From assembly GCA_013265495.1 (NCBI GenBank), contig MU058423.1, forward strand, positions 1,563,061 through 1,627,060: a stretch of DNA of 64,000 nucleotides, given 5' to 3'. The stretch's first letter is position 1; each line of letters opens with the position of its first letter. The notes beneath the pieces are model-generated. The model worked only from the letters and a program-made list of their open reading frames with translations. It was not told the origin of the DNA and did no database searches. The DNA comes from Vicugna vicugna (Eukaryota). Below are positions 1 to 12,750 of the stretch, piece by piece. Made by a program: the position numbers and the translations under genes.

Positions 1-430
1 CTGGTAACCATAAGTTTATTTTCTATGTCTGTGGGTCTGTTTCTGTTTTGTAAATAAGTTCACTTGTGTCTTTTTTTTTTTCAGATTCCGCATATAAGTG
101 ATAGCATATGGTGTTTTTCTTTCTTTTTCTGGCTAACTTCACTTAGAATGACAATCTCCATCCATGTTGCAGCAGATGGCATTATTTTATTATTTTTTAT
201 GACTGAGAAATACTCTATTGTGTATATATACCATATCTTCTTTATCCAATTATTGCCAATGGACATTAAGGTTGTTTCCATATCTTGGCTATTGTAAATA
301 ATGCTGCTATGAACATTGGGTTGCATGTATCTTTTTGAATTAGAGTTCCCTCCAGATACATACCCAGGAGTGGGATTGTTGGATCATATAGTAAGTCTAT
401 TTTTAGTTTTTTAAGGAATCTCTATACCAT
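1..430 (-). mobile_element. LINE-1 3' fragment (ORF2 C-terminus/3'UTR)
   Basis: Minus-strand translation WIKKIWYIYTIEYFSVIKNNKIMPSAATWMEIVILSEVSQ is the L1 ORF2 C-terminal motif; the element runs off the window edge. Confidence 0.9.
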
Positions 431-944
431 AAGAATTAATAATTCTTACTTTGTGTATGTACATTCCTAAAAATTCATGTATGTGTGAAATGATAGTATT
501 TTGTATTTAATGAGGTAACTAAAATATATTACTAAAATGTATTTCACCTTTTTAATTTTAGCTTTTTTAATGTGAACATGTAAAATTACATTTTGGGGAT
601 GAATTGACAGGGATCAGATTTGCCCTTTCACTTAAAACAACTCCAAAATGTTCAAACTATAAAATGATAACTTGCAAGACACTGACCATCAGACAATGAA
701 GGACAGTGATCACTGAGAGATGGCAAGTAAATGATGTGAAGTCTATGATTTCCCCAGCTTACTGCTTGACATAGTTTCCAGACCATGGGGCAGAAAGAGG
801 AAGCCTGGCAGATTATCCGAGTTGAGGAGACAGAACTGAGATTCTTAGGAGAGCAAGGCAGCTAGAGTTCACAAGACAGAGTAATGTAGAGGAGCGAGCT
901 ACACAGAGAACGAACCACAGAGCTCTGCAGCGGATGCCTACATT

Positions 945-1330
945 ACTAGTTTTCTCTTTTGCCTGTAACAAATTACCACAAACTTAGTGTCTCAAAATAA
1001 CATAAATGTATTCTCTTACAGTTCTGAAGGTCAGAAGTCCAAATTCAACATATTGGCAAGGCTGCCATCTGTCTGAAGGATTCAGGAAGAGAATCTGTTT
1101 TCTTGCATTTGTCAGCTTCTTATTTGCATAACTTGGCCCCTTCCTCACTACACTCCAACTTCTTGCTTTTGTCAAACATATCTGCTACTTCCCACTTTGA
1201 TCTACTTCTTTCTTATAAAGACCCATATGATTAGATGAGGCCTACCCACATAATCCAGGATAGTATCTCCAGTTCAAAATGTTTAATTCAACTCTCTATA
1301 AAATTCCCTTTGCCCTATGAACCTATCTGA
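945..1330 (-). mobile_element. MaLR LTR (MLT1C/D-like)
   Basis: gcctgtaacaaattaccacaaacttagtg...ctcttacagttctgaaggtcagaagtcc resembles MLT1 consensus. Confidence 0.7.
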
Positions 1331-1369
1331 GGGTCCCATTAATCAGTCGACCATAATGTCTATCAGGAT

Positions 1370-3060
1370 TTTAACTGAATATCGATTAGTGCTACATGTG
1401 ACAAACTACCCAAGACTGAATATCATATAAAAAGTGACTGGCATTCACCCAAAAGTGGAATTAATGCCTATTCTCACCAACCAGAGTAGAAAACCTCAAG
1501 ATTCACAGGGTAGAGTACACAGAAGGGTCTTGCTTCAGTTGGCAGGGAATAAAGAGACCTAGACTGAACACTACTCTAGATCCACCTAACAAATCTTAAC
1601 AGCAAGGCCTGAAAGTATCAAACATTTCCAAGTAATTTAAATGCACCCCCCAAATAAAACTCAATAATATTTTATAGAAATATAAAAATATCCAGCACCC
1701 AGCAAAGTAAAATTTGCAATGTCTGGATTCACTCAAAATACCAGGCATGCATGCAAGAATCAGGAAGTACAACCCATAATATGGATATAGATTCATCAAA
1801 TAAAACTGACCCAGATGTGAAATGAGTGGTTTAAGACATTAAGTCAGATATTATATGTTCAAAAAATTAAGTAGAAACATGGAAAATATTTTTTAAAAGA
1901 CTTAAATTGAGCTTCTAAAGAAGAAAACTACAATGTGTGAGATGGAAAATACACTGGGTTGAATTGATGGCAGATTAGGGGTTGTAGAGGAAAGGTTAAT
2001 GATCTTGAAGACAGCAAGGGAAAGTATCTCAAAAGAAACACAGATAGAAAATTTAAAAATTTTTAATAAACCGAGTATCAATGAGTTGACAATGTTAAAT
2101 GGCCTAAAATACATGCAATTGGAGTCCTCAAAAGGGAAGAGAGATGGGGCTGGAGAGAAAAAATATTTAAAGAAATAATGACTGAAAATTTCCTAAATTT
2201 GACTTAAAAAATACACCCACAGATCCAAGAAGCTCAATGAACAACAAGCACAAGAAAAATGAACACTACCTCAAGACATTTTACAATCAAATTACTCAAA
2301 ACCAGAGATTAAAAAAAATTTTAAATGGAAAGAGAATAAAAAGACATTTTAGGTACACAGGAACAAATCTAAAGATAAAAGCAGACCACATTGGGAAATA
2401 GCCAAGCCAAGAGACAGTGGAGAAACATATTTTAAAATATAAAAAGAAAACATAATGTCAACCTAGAATTCTACACCCAGTAAAAATATATTTCAAAAAC
2501 TAAGAAAAAATAAAGACTTTCTGACACACAAAAAACTGAAAGTATTCCTCACCAGTAGATTGATGCTATAATAAATGTTAAAGGAAATCCTCCAGGTAGA
2601 AGAAAAAATGAGATCAGATGGAAATACAGATCTACACAAAAGAATGAAGAACACTGGAATCAGTACACTGATAAATATAAAAGGTTTTTTGTTATTTATT
2701 TTTAAAGATGCTGGACTATTTAAGCAAAAATAATAACAATGTTTTATGTGGTTAATAACACGTGTAGAAGTAAAATTTATGATAACAGTAACATAGAGGT
2801 TGGAAAGGGAGCTATGGAAGCATACTATTGTAAGGTTCTTATGTTATATGTGAAGTGGTCTATCTTGAATTGGTCTATCAGTCTTTCCTAAAAATAGAAT
2901 GTCATGAGTTAAAGATGTACACTCTAAACCATAGGTAATCACTAAAATGTTTTAAAAACCCAAAGAATTATAACTAATAAGCTAGCAAAGAAGATAAAAA
3001 TTATTTTTAAAAATACTGGATTAATTTTTTTCAAAGCCAGAAAAAGAGGAAAAGAGAAAC
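1370..3060 (+). mobile_element. Old degenerate L1 (5' region/ORF1); continues at ~3405-3530 and ~6990-8945
   Basis: ORF1-like remnants (gaaataatgactgaaaatttcctaaattt, cagatccaagaagctcaatgaac, ctagaattctacacccagtaaaaatat) with many stops. Confidence 0.75.
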
Positions 3061-3403
3061 TGCTATGGTCTGCTATGGTGATGTTGTGTCCCCACCAAAT
3101 TCACATGTTGAAACCTTAATGCTCAATGAAAAGGTGTTAGGATAATTTGGGTGTTCGGTCATGAGAATGGAACCTATGAATGGGATTAGTGCTCTTATAA
3201 AAGAGAACTCAGAGATCTCCCTAGCCCCTTCTACCATAAGAGGATATAAGAAGTCTGTGACCCAGGAGAAAGTCCTCACCTGACCATGCTGGTACCCTAA
3301 TCTTGGACTTCCTGCCACCAGAATTGTGAGAAATAAATTTCTATTGTTTACAAGTTACCCAGTCTGTGGCATTTTGTCACAGCAGCCCATACAGACTAAG
3401 ACA
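3061..3403 (+). mobile_element. MaLR LTR (MLT1A-like)
   Basis: Starts tgctatggt, has cccaccaaattcacatgttgaaac and aataaatttctattgttta, ends gactaagaca. Confidence 0.8.
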
Positions 3404-3531
3404 AAAGCAAAGAACAGATGGAGAAAATAGAAAATATACTCAACTCCAACCATATTAATATCACCAAAAAAAAAAAAAAAAAAAAGGTTTAAATACTCCA
3501 AGTGAGGCAGAGATAAACAAATGGATTAATT

Positions 3532-6500
3532 AGGAGGAGGCCAAGATGGCAGAGTAGAAGGCCGCTTGTAGCTCACCCTCTTCCACAAATGCACCAACAC
3601 TCACATCCACAGACCCACTCAGCCAAACAGAGCACCTGCAGAACTCCAACAGAACATCGTCCTCTTCAAAAGATAGAGACGCCAAAAATCTGGTAGGAGA
3701 AAAGGGAAAAAGAAGAAAAGGCAAAACAGAGCAGGACGGGTCCCGCGGGGAGGGAGCGGCAAAGGAGGCCTTGTGCTTGTTCGCTGGGTCTCCCCTCTCC
3801 AACTGAGAGGCCAGCGGGATGGAGGGGGAGCCTCTGAGATTCAGATCTGTACAGAGCAGCCCTTGACCGACAGAACTAAGTTAAACAGGCACAGAGTGTT
3901 CCCGCGACACCCAGCCCAGAGATGCGGGCCCGTGCAGCTGGGGGCAGGGCCAGGCTGCCCGAGCTGGGCGGAGGACGGGAACGGCTGCGCTGAGGCAGCC
4001 CCGGGGGATTGCAGGGGGTGGTGCGCCGTGGTTGTGGGTGCACAGGGCAGAACAACCTGAGCCCTCAATAAAACAGCACGGCTGATGTGCCCTGGGGGGA
4101 AGGGTGCATACCTGCGGAAAGTTTTCAGGTGAAGAGAGGCGGGGCTCAGGCACAGCCGCCATATCCTCCGGCGCTTAGCATCCAGGCGGGGGTGGGGGCA
4201 AAACTTGTATCCACACCGAAGGGCTTAGCAGCCTCAAGGGCCAGACGGAGACTTGTCTACAGCCCGAGGCAGATAGGATCCTTCCATCCTGGTCCCTCAG
4301 AGAACTTGCTTGGCCAAGACAAACAAGGAGCTGGGTTTTGGCCCGGAGCAGGGACAGAGCTGTCCCTCGGTCCTCCCGGAGCCCGTCTGCAGAGAGCCGA
4401 CCGAGGCTGAGCACGCAGCCGCACAGAGCAGCGGAGCTACTGGGGCCGGGAGGGGGAAGGCGGCCACCCGCCTTTCAGGCAAGAACGCAGCCCTGATCGC
4501 GGTGCTGGGAGGGGGCACAACCCACCCTCCTACCTGGCTAGTCTGTAACATCTGACTGCAGCAGCAGGAGGGGCAGTGACCCACCCGCCCACAGCAAAGG
4601 AGAGCTGCACCTGACCCAGTGTTGGGAGGAGGCACGATCTGCTTGCCGACAGGCACTGGGAGCAGCACAGACAAGGGTGCCAACGGAGGGCCTCCAGATA
4701 CAGCAAGCTAAGCTTCCAAAACAGGACGAAGACAGAAAGACTGCATTAAAAGCACACAGTCTCCAGGAGAACACCGACCCCCTCCGTCTTTTTTTTTTTA
4801 AATCTATTTTTACCTGTTCTGTTTTCTATTACCCTTTTAATTTTTACTTCTTAAACAATTATATATACCCCCAGTTTTAATCCCTTTTAAATTTTTAAAA
4901 AATATTTTTATTATTATTATTTAAAAAAATCCACATCGTTTCATTTTTATTTCTCTTGGTTTTGATGTCCTGTTATTGATTATACACAGGTTTCAAGTAC
5001 ATCTTTTCCTCTTTTCCCCTTTTTTAAGTTTCTGAAGGATGTCTCAACCCGATTGCTACTCTGCTCCAACTAGCTCTTCTATTATTCATTATACACTGTT
5101 TTCAAACCTTTCTTTTCTCCCTTCTTTTAAAATTCTGTCTCTCTCTCTCTCTCCCTTTTTTTTTCTAAGTTTTATTCCTACATAGGCAATAGATAGATAA
5201 ACTCCTTAAGGACCACAATAGATAACTGACACTCCATAAACCACAGTGCCAGAGACGTATGAGCAAGATGAAGAAGCAGAGAAACCATTCCCAATTAAAA
5301 GAACAAGAAAAATCCCCTGAAAGAATGATCAATGAAATAGACATCGATAGCCTACTAGATCAAGATTTCAAAAAAGGAGTGATCAAAGTACTGAAGGAAC
5401 TAAAAGAGATAGTGCTTAGAGATATAAAATATGTCAAAAATGAAATTGAAGCTATAAAGAAGAGCCATGTAGAATTGATAAACTCATATGATAAACTCCT
5501 GAGATGAGAGCTAACCTAAAGGCTGTACAAAGCAGACTAGATAATGCAGAGGAACAAATAAGTGACCTAGAAGACAGGACAACAGAAAGCACCCAATCAG
5601 AAACTTAGAGAAAAACAAATAAAAAACAATGAAAACAACACAAGGGACCTATGGGATAATATAAAGTGTGCCAATCTATGCATAATAGGGGTTCCAGAAG
5701 GGGAAGAAAGAACAAAGGGGATTGAAAAGGTATTGGAAGAAATCATGACTGAAAACTTCCCAAACCTAAAGGAATCAGATATCCAAGTACAGGAGGCTCA
5801 GAGGGTCCCAAACAGGAAGAACCCAAATAGACTCACACCAAAACATATTATAATCAAGATGGCCAGAGTCATGGATAAAGAAATGATCCTAAAGGCAGCA
5901 AGAGACAAACAAAGAGTGAGTTACAAAGGAACCCCCATAAAACTCTCAGCTGATTTCTCTACACAAACACTACAGGCCAGAAGGAAGTGGCAAGATATAT
6001 TCAAAGTCCTGAATGAAAAAAAGATGCAGCATAGGATCCTTAATCCAGCAAGGCTATCCTTTAGAATAGAAGGAGAGATAAAGAACTTCACAGACAGGCA
6101 AAAGCTAAAAGACTTTAGCAACACTAAACCCATGCTAAAAGAAATATTCACAGGTCTACTCTAAATAGGTAAGAAGCAGGATGCTACAGAGATGAGAAAC
6201 TCATAACTGGAAAGGAGATAACTGCCATGAATTACAAATAAAATAAACACAAAATTGTAAAAGAAGACATCTAAATCATTAAGAGTGGGAGAGGGAAGCA
6301 AGGAAAGCCACTGTGGAAAACACTATGGAGAGTCCTCAAAAGACTAGGAATAGACTTACCATATGACCCAGGAATCCCACTCCTGGGCATATATCCAGAA
6401 GGAACCCTTCTTCAAAATGACACCTGCAACCCATTGTTCATGCGAGCACTATTTACAATAGCCAAGACATGGAAACAGCCTAAATGTCTATCAACAGATG

Positions 6501-6980
6501 ACTGGATAAAGAAGAAGTGGTATATTTATACAATGGAATACTATTCAGCCATAAACACTGACAACATAATGCCATTTGCAGCAACATGGATGATCCTAGA
6601 GAATGTCATTCTAAGTGAAGTAAGCCAGAAAGAGAAAGAAAAATACCATATGAGATCACTTATATGTGGAATAAAAAAAAAAACATAAATACAAAACAGA
6701 AATAGACTCATAGACATAGAATACAAGCTTGTGGTTGCCAAGGTGGCGGGGGGTGGGAAGGGACAGACTGGGATTTTAAAATGCAGACTAGATAAACAAG
6801 ATTATATTGTATAGCACAGGGAAAAATATACAAGGTCTTGTGGTAGCTCACAGTGAAAAAAAAAATGTGACAATGAATATATGTATGTTCACGTATGACT
6901 GAAAAATTGTGCTCTACACTAGAATTTGACACAACACTGTAAAATAACTATTACTCAATAAAAAAATATAAAAAAAAGGA
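3532..6980 (+). mobile_element. Relatively young LINE-1 with 5'UTR, frameshifted ORF1 (5259-6164), near-complete ORF2 deletion, 3'UTR and A-tail
   Basis: Begins GGAGGAGGCCAAGATGGC; CpG-rich 5'UTR; ORF1 peptides MSKMKKQRNHSQLKEQEKSPE and EEIMTENFPNL...PARLSFRIEGEIKNF; jumps at ~6306 to the ORF2 C-terminus (gccactgtggaaaac); AATAAA plus A-rich tail at ~6957. Confidence 0.92.
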
Positions 6981-7584
6981 AAAATAAAGATTAAATACTT
7001 GATGGAAGTAATTATAGAATCAGTAGACAGAAAATCAGTGAAGATAAGTAGAAACAACATTGTCAATCAACTTGAACTAATCAATTGTATTAGAAGAGCC
7101 CACCCAACAACAGAATTCACATTCATATCAAGCATTCATGACACATTTACCAAGATAGAACATTCTGGGCCCCATAACAACTTTCAATAAGTTTAGAGAA
7201 ATGAATTTAGAAACCTATAACAGAAATATCTCTAGAAAATCCCCAAATATTTGAAGACTAAATATCATAATTCTAAATAGTCCGTAGGTCAAACAAGAAA
7301 TCAACGAGAAAATTAGAAAGACTATTCCAAGGGTTGATGAAGATGTGATGGAATTGGAAATCTCACACACTGTTGATAGAATGTAAAATGCTATATTCAC
7401 TTTGAAAAACAGTTTGCCCGTCTTGTAAAAAGTTAAACAGACACTTATATCATCCAGCTATTCCACTCCAAGGTATTTATCCAAGAGAAATGAAAATACA
7501 TGCCTATATGTACATATATACAAAGACTTGTACAGGAATGTTCATAGCAAATTTATTTGTGACAGCCAAAAACTGGAAACAAAC

Positions 7585-8535
7585 TGCGATATTGTGATAT
7601 ATATATATGGTCATTCAGATGACTAAAATATATTTCTCAGATACATTTGGTCTTAATCCTTTGTTCCTGGTTCACAGCTCCCATAACCCTTGGAACTTAC
7701 TGAGTAATAAGAGCAATGGGAACATTTTTTGATGTACTATTTGGTCTCATCCTGAATTCTTAAAAATGCTTCAGAGCCATAAAGGTATCTTGTTATTCAT
7801 AACAAGCCGTTTCTACTACAAGTGGGTTTATGTTAATGGAGGTGGCTTTTACAAAGAACCTAAGGCTAGGGGCTCATTGTCAGGAGAATCAACTATGAAT
7901 AGAGGATTGGAACTTTCAGTCTTAACTCCATGATTTTCAGGGAACAGAGAGGGGCTGTTGGTTGCATTGATCACCAATAGCCAATGAGGTAGTCAACCAT
8001 GCCTACCTAAATGGAGCCTACATAGAAACCAAAAAAGGAAGGATTTAGAAAGCTTCCACCTAGGGGAACCAGGACACTTTCATGTGCCATCATGCCAGGC
8101 TCCAAGCTTCACGAGAACAGAAGCTCCTTTGTAAGGGACTTCACCCTATGTGCCTCTTCATTTGACTTTTATCACATATCCTTTGTAATAAATCAGTAAT
8201 CTTGTGAGTGAATAGGTTTCCCTGAGGTCTGTGAGCCATTCTAGTAAATAAGTTGAACCCAAGGAGGGGGTCTTGGGAACCTCTGATTTATACCCAGTAG
8301 GTCAGAAGCACAGGTAACAGCCTGGGCTTGGGGTTGGTATCTTAAATGGAAGACAGTCTTGTGGGACTGAATCCTTTACTTATGGAATCTGATTCTGTCT
8401 CTGGGTAGATAGTATCAGAATTGAGTTGAAGTCTTGGATACTCTGCTGGTAACCAAGAATTTCCTGTTGGTGTAGGGGAAGCCTCCACACACACACACAC
8501 ACACACATATGTTGAAATTAGGTCCAGGAAACTGA
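7585..8535 (+). mobile_element. LTR, MER21-like, inserted in old L1
   Basis: tgcgatattgtgatat...gttcctggttcacagctcccataacccttggaac and gtctgtgagccattctagtaaataagttgaacccaaggagggggtc resemble MER21. Confidence 0.7.
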
Positions 8536-9049
8536 CAAACTAAGCTCCAACAATAGGTGAATGGATAAATAAATGGTGGTATAACTATATAACAGTATAC
8601 TGCTCAGGAGTAAAAAAGGAATGAACTGTTGGTACACACTAGAGCAGAGACGAATCTCAGAATGATTAAGGTGAGTGAAAGAAGCTAGACAAAAGAAGAG
8701 TACATCCTGTAGGATTACAGTTATATAAAATTTTAGAAAACAAAAAATAATTTATAGCAACAGAAGACAGATCAGTGATTGCCTGGGGACTGGGGTAGAG
8801 AAGCATGGGGGTGAAGGTAAATAGAGAGGGAGTAGGCAAGGGCAGGAGAAAGGGATCACAAAAGGCCACAAATAATCTTTTGAGAGTGATGAATATGTTG
8901 TCCTGACTGTAGTGGTGGTTTTATGCTTGTGTGCATGTGTCAAAAGGCTCTTCCTGATTTACTCCTGTCCATCTCCCCAAATTCATAGCAACATTCCTGG
9001 CCTTATATTTTAAAATCTAGCAAGTAACACTGAAAAATGTTCTCCATGC

Positions 9050-9355
9050 TTCCTTCCTTACCTTTGCTCAGTGGTTCTTTGCTGGAATTTGCCCCTTTCT
9101 TCCCCCTCTGACCCCTTAATTTGGTTAGCTACTAATCAACCTGAGACTCAGCTCAAGTGTCATTTTTTCAAGAAACCTTCTCTGACTGTGTCTAATCCAT
9201 CACACCCAGTCCACACTTTGTTTTACAATGATCTCTTCCCTCACTAGAATGTCAGCTCCTTGAGGGTAGGAGCTAATTTATTCATCTCTGAATCCTCAAG
9301 GTCCAACACAGTACATGATTCGATTAAAAAAGTAAGGCTGTTGAGTGAATAAATG
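9050..9355 (+). mobile_element. L2 3' fragment
   Basis: ctcagctcaagtgtca, ctagaatgtcagctccttgagggtagg and terminal gttgagtgaataaatg. Confidence 0.7.
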
Positions 9356-9739
9356 GCTGGAACTTTGCTCGTTAACTCTGCATAATCTGGTGCAGTGGAA
9401 AGAAAATGACACTGAAGAGTGAGGAGCCTTGGGCTTGAGATTTATTGTGCCATTAAACTAATCTTTTGGACATGGGAAAATAATTGACACAAAAGGAGAC
9501 TGGGCCAGGTGCCTCCTAGAGTCACCGCAGGCCCAATATCCTTGGCCGTGACAGCTGCTTCAGGGCCCCGTAATCTGTTGTCCCCAGAGCGCCAACTCGT
9601 GAGGTGCCTACAAACCTGGGAATATCCCCACCGATTCTTTCCTTCACAGGCAGGAAATGGAACCTCTTTCTCCTTCCCTGATTTTCCACTTACACTCACA
9701 CCTCACTGAAGGAGAAAAGCTGCCCATTTTGTGAAAATT

Positions 9740-10080
9740 GTTACTACTCTCACCACGTGCAATGATGATCCCAGGTTTTACACAAACCGAGAGAGAAGGC
9801 CACTCTGTTCCCCCTTTCCTCACTTCACCGTGTCTGGCCAGTTACTGAGTTTCACCCCTTCCAATCCCACTGTCTGGAAAAACTGACGCCCCTCTGCAGT
9901 CAAAATCTGTGACTCATGTCGCCCTGTGAAGAAAGTCCCTGACGTCAGCTTCCAGGAAGCCTCCATGACTGAACTGAAGTAACTGCGGCCACCTCCCACA
10001 GCCCAGTGTGGAGGCCAGGGAGGAAGCTCGCCCTTTAGTTTTGCAAACCAAAGAGCTCCGGCTGATAAACTGTCTCGTGG
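9740..10080. promoter_or_regulatory. Candidate immune/stimulus-responsive enhancer in CD53 intron 1
   Basis: Unique sequence with E-box CACGTG (9754), AP-1 TGACTCA (9910), CRE TGACGTCA (9940), GAS TTCCAGGAA (9950) and GATA TGATAA (10063). Confidence 0.5.
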
Positions 10081-12189
10081 CCTTCTCATTCCATCTCTCT
10101 CTTTCCTTTGACCCGTCCTTGCAGCCATCTAAGCTAGTCTTGAATCTAACAGAGCTTAGAAGTGGCTCTATTCTGTTCTATTCTTAGATGAGGGATAGAA
10201 GTTTCAAGAAATTACCAATTCTTGATCTGATCCGATCTTAGATTTGGAGCTACAACAAGACAGTTTTGGTGTTACACATACTATTATATGCATGAGAAGT
10301 TAAAAAGTATTCTTCCAACAAAAATAAACAAATAAAACCATAGGAATCCATAGTCAATAATTTTGGAAATAAATGGGATTAAATAAAATAAAGCAATAAA
10401 CAGATTTCAATGAACGATGTCTGAGAAACATGTTATATGTTAGTGTACATTGTGGATCTCTAAAAGTCTACTAATGTAACTACAAACCTATTCTTCTATC
10501 GCAGATGACTTGTTAGCAGCTCAGAAAACATAGCGTTCCATGGAACACAGTTTGACAAACATCAGTGATGGCCTCCGGCAGGTCTAGTTTTGAATCCTAG
10601 TAGGGCTGCATACCAGAAGCATGGCCCTGGGCAACTTGCTTAAGTTGTTCTGAGGTTTTAATGAGAAAATATTTCCTGAATGGCTCAGTAGCAGATTGTC
10701 GGGGTTCAGTGAATCCTGAGGAAAAGATCAAGTTCAGAGCTTCCCTGACAGTCCATTTATAAGGGTGACACTGAGATTTCTGCTAGATTTTTCAGGAATA
10801 AAATGCATCAGGATCCAGGAGGCCTTTAATAATCCTTTGCTTGTTTCATTTTTTGTTTTTTAACTTTTAAAAAGATTTGTATGTTCCCTTTGTGAAAAAG
10901 TCAAACTGTAAAGTACAAAGAACACTTAGTATCTTCTGAAACTTCACATCCATGAAATAACCACCATTAATATTTTTGGTGAACATCTTTCCAGCCATTT
11001 CTGTCTATACAAATCTATTTGCTGATTTACATAGAAAAACATGGTATTTAGCAAGAAAATTATTGGCTTCCCATTTCTTCCTACACAGAGCTGTAGAGGT
11101 CTTTGATTCATCAGTGAGGAAAATTCAGGACTTTATTAACAAAAGTTTTTTTTTTCCCTAAATAAGAAAGAAAATCTTCTTCATGAGGGCCCCAAATTAT
11201 GGCTCTCTTGACAAAATAAATATAGATAAATGATGTAGTTCACTGGATCCTGAAAAATGCCAAGCTCTTTATAAATATATTTTACTTATAATACTCATAT
11301 CCATCCTGCAACTTAGATGTCAAAAGCCCCACTTTGCAAGCAGGAAATCCAAGGCTCAGACAGCTTATGCAACAGGCACAACATCATCCAGCTAGTAGTC
11401 AGCAAAGCCAGGGCACAGGTCAAGGTCTTTCAGCCTCCTAAGCCTCCATCCTTTCCACTGTCACAGGCTCTGGTTTCATACCTCCTGCTTCCCAACTCAG
11501 CTCCCTCCCTGCAATGTGATGAGCGTCCAGGAGGACTCCCTCCATCTTCCTAGGTTCAAACCCCTGTGAGCAGTAGCTGAGGCAGGATGGAGGTTATGCA
11601 AGTATGTCTCTTCAGGGAGTAGTGAGCAGTTATAAGGGGAGGGGTGATACTAAAATAAAACCAAATCAAACCATCAACTTTTACGCATCAGTTTCCTCTC
11701 GTTTTTCCATCACTTTGTTAGAGGAATATGTCTGTCATCTTATTCTTCCCTGAAATTGTGGTCTGATGACAATTTTTTTCCTTTCAAGGCTGTTCTCAGG
11801 GGAGAATTGGTGATTTGTAAAAGAGGGAAAGAAGAAAGAAGCAAAGAGAAGAGAAAAAAATGAGGAAAAACAAATCCAAATGATCCTGGGGGCTCATTTC
11901 ACTTCATTTGGGAGCTTAGCAAGATACTGCTTAACCGAAAAAGCACTGATACTCCTAGCAGCTGAGCTGAAACAGGGACCTTTATAATAAGGCCACTTTC
12001 TGACTCAGGAACAGTTACATAAAACAGTTACCACTGTTACAGAGTCAATGGACTAGTGGTTTTTTTCCTTAGCTGAAAAATATGTAGAATTTTGCTGTGG
12101 AGGGTCCCTCTCCTGGAGACCTTTCCATGGTGCATGGTGCATACAGGCAAGCTATGGCCAGTGTGGGCAAGGCTCTCTGTGTGGGGTAA

Positions 12190-12750
12190 TGAAAGCCATT
12201 TCTGTGGTATTCCTATCAAAATTTGGAATAGCCTGAATCTAGTAATGAGGAAACATCAGACAAATCCAAATAAAGAGACATTCTAGGAAATAACTTGCCT
12301 ATACTCTTCAAGAATATCAATATTGTGAAACACAGAGAAAGACAGAACTGTTCCAGATATAGGGTGACTAAAGAAACGCCACAATTAAAAGCACCATATG
12401 ATCAAAGATTTCCCTTTGCTATAAAAAATATTAGTGGGCAACAGGTGGAATAAAATCTATAGAGTTTTAATAGTATTGCATCAGTGTCAAAATCCTGATT
12501 TTGATCATTGTAAAGTGGATATGTAAAAGAATTTTTTTTTGTTAGTAGAAAATGCACTTAAGGGGAAGAGATACCATGTTTGCAATTCCTGTCAAATGAG
12601 AAAGCTGGGGAAGGATAAAGAAAATGTGGTAAAATATTAGTATTTGATAAATCTGAGTGAAGGGGGATCAGAAATGCTTGGTAGTGTTTTTGTAAACTTT
12701 CTGTAAGTATGAATTTCGTCAAACTAAAAAGTGAAAAAAAAAAGTTGAAC
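12190..12750 (+). mobile_element. Old L1 3'UTR (L1MC-like)
   Basis: aatctagtaatgaggaaacatcagacaaatccaaat...aaactttctgtaagtatgaatt. Confidence 0.7.

Noticed and set aside
3530..4880. Many overlapping ORFs on both strands
   Set aside because: GC-rich L1 5'UTR with low stop-codon density
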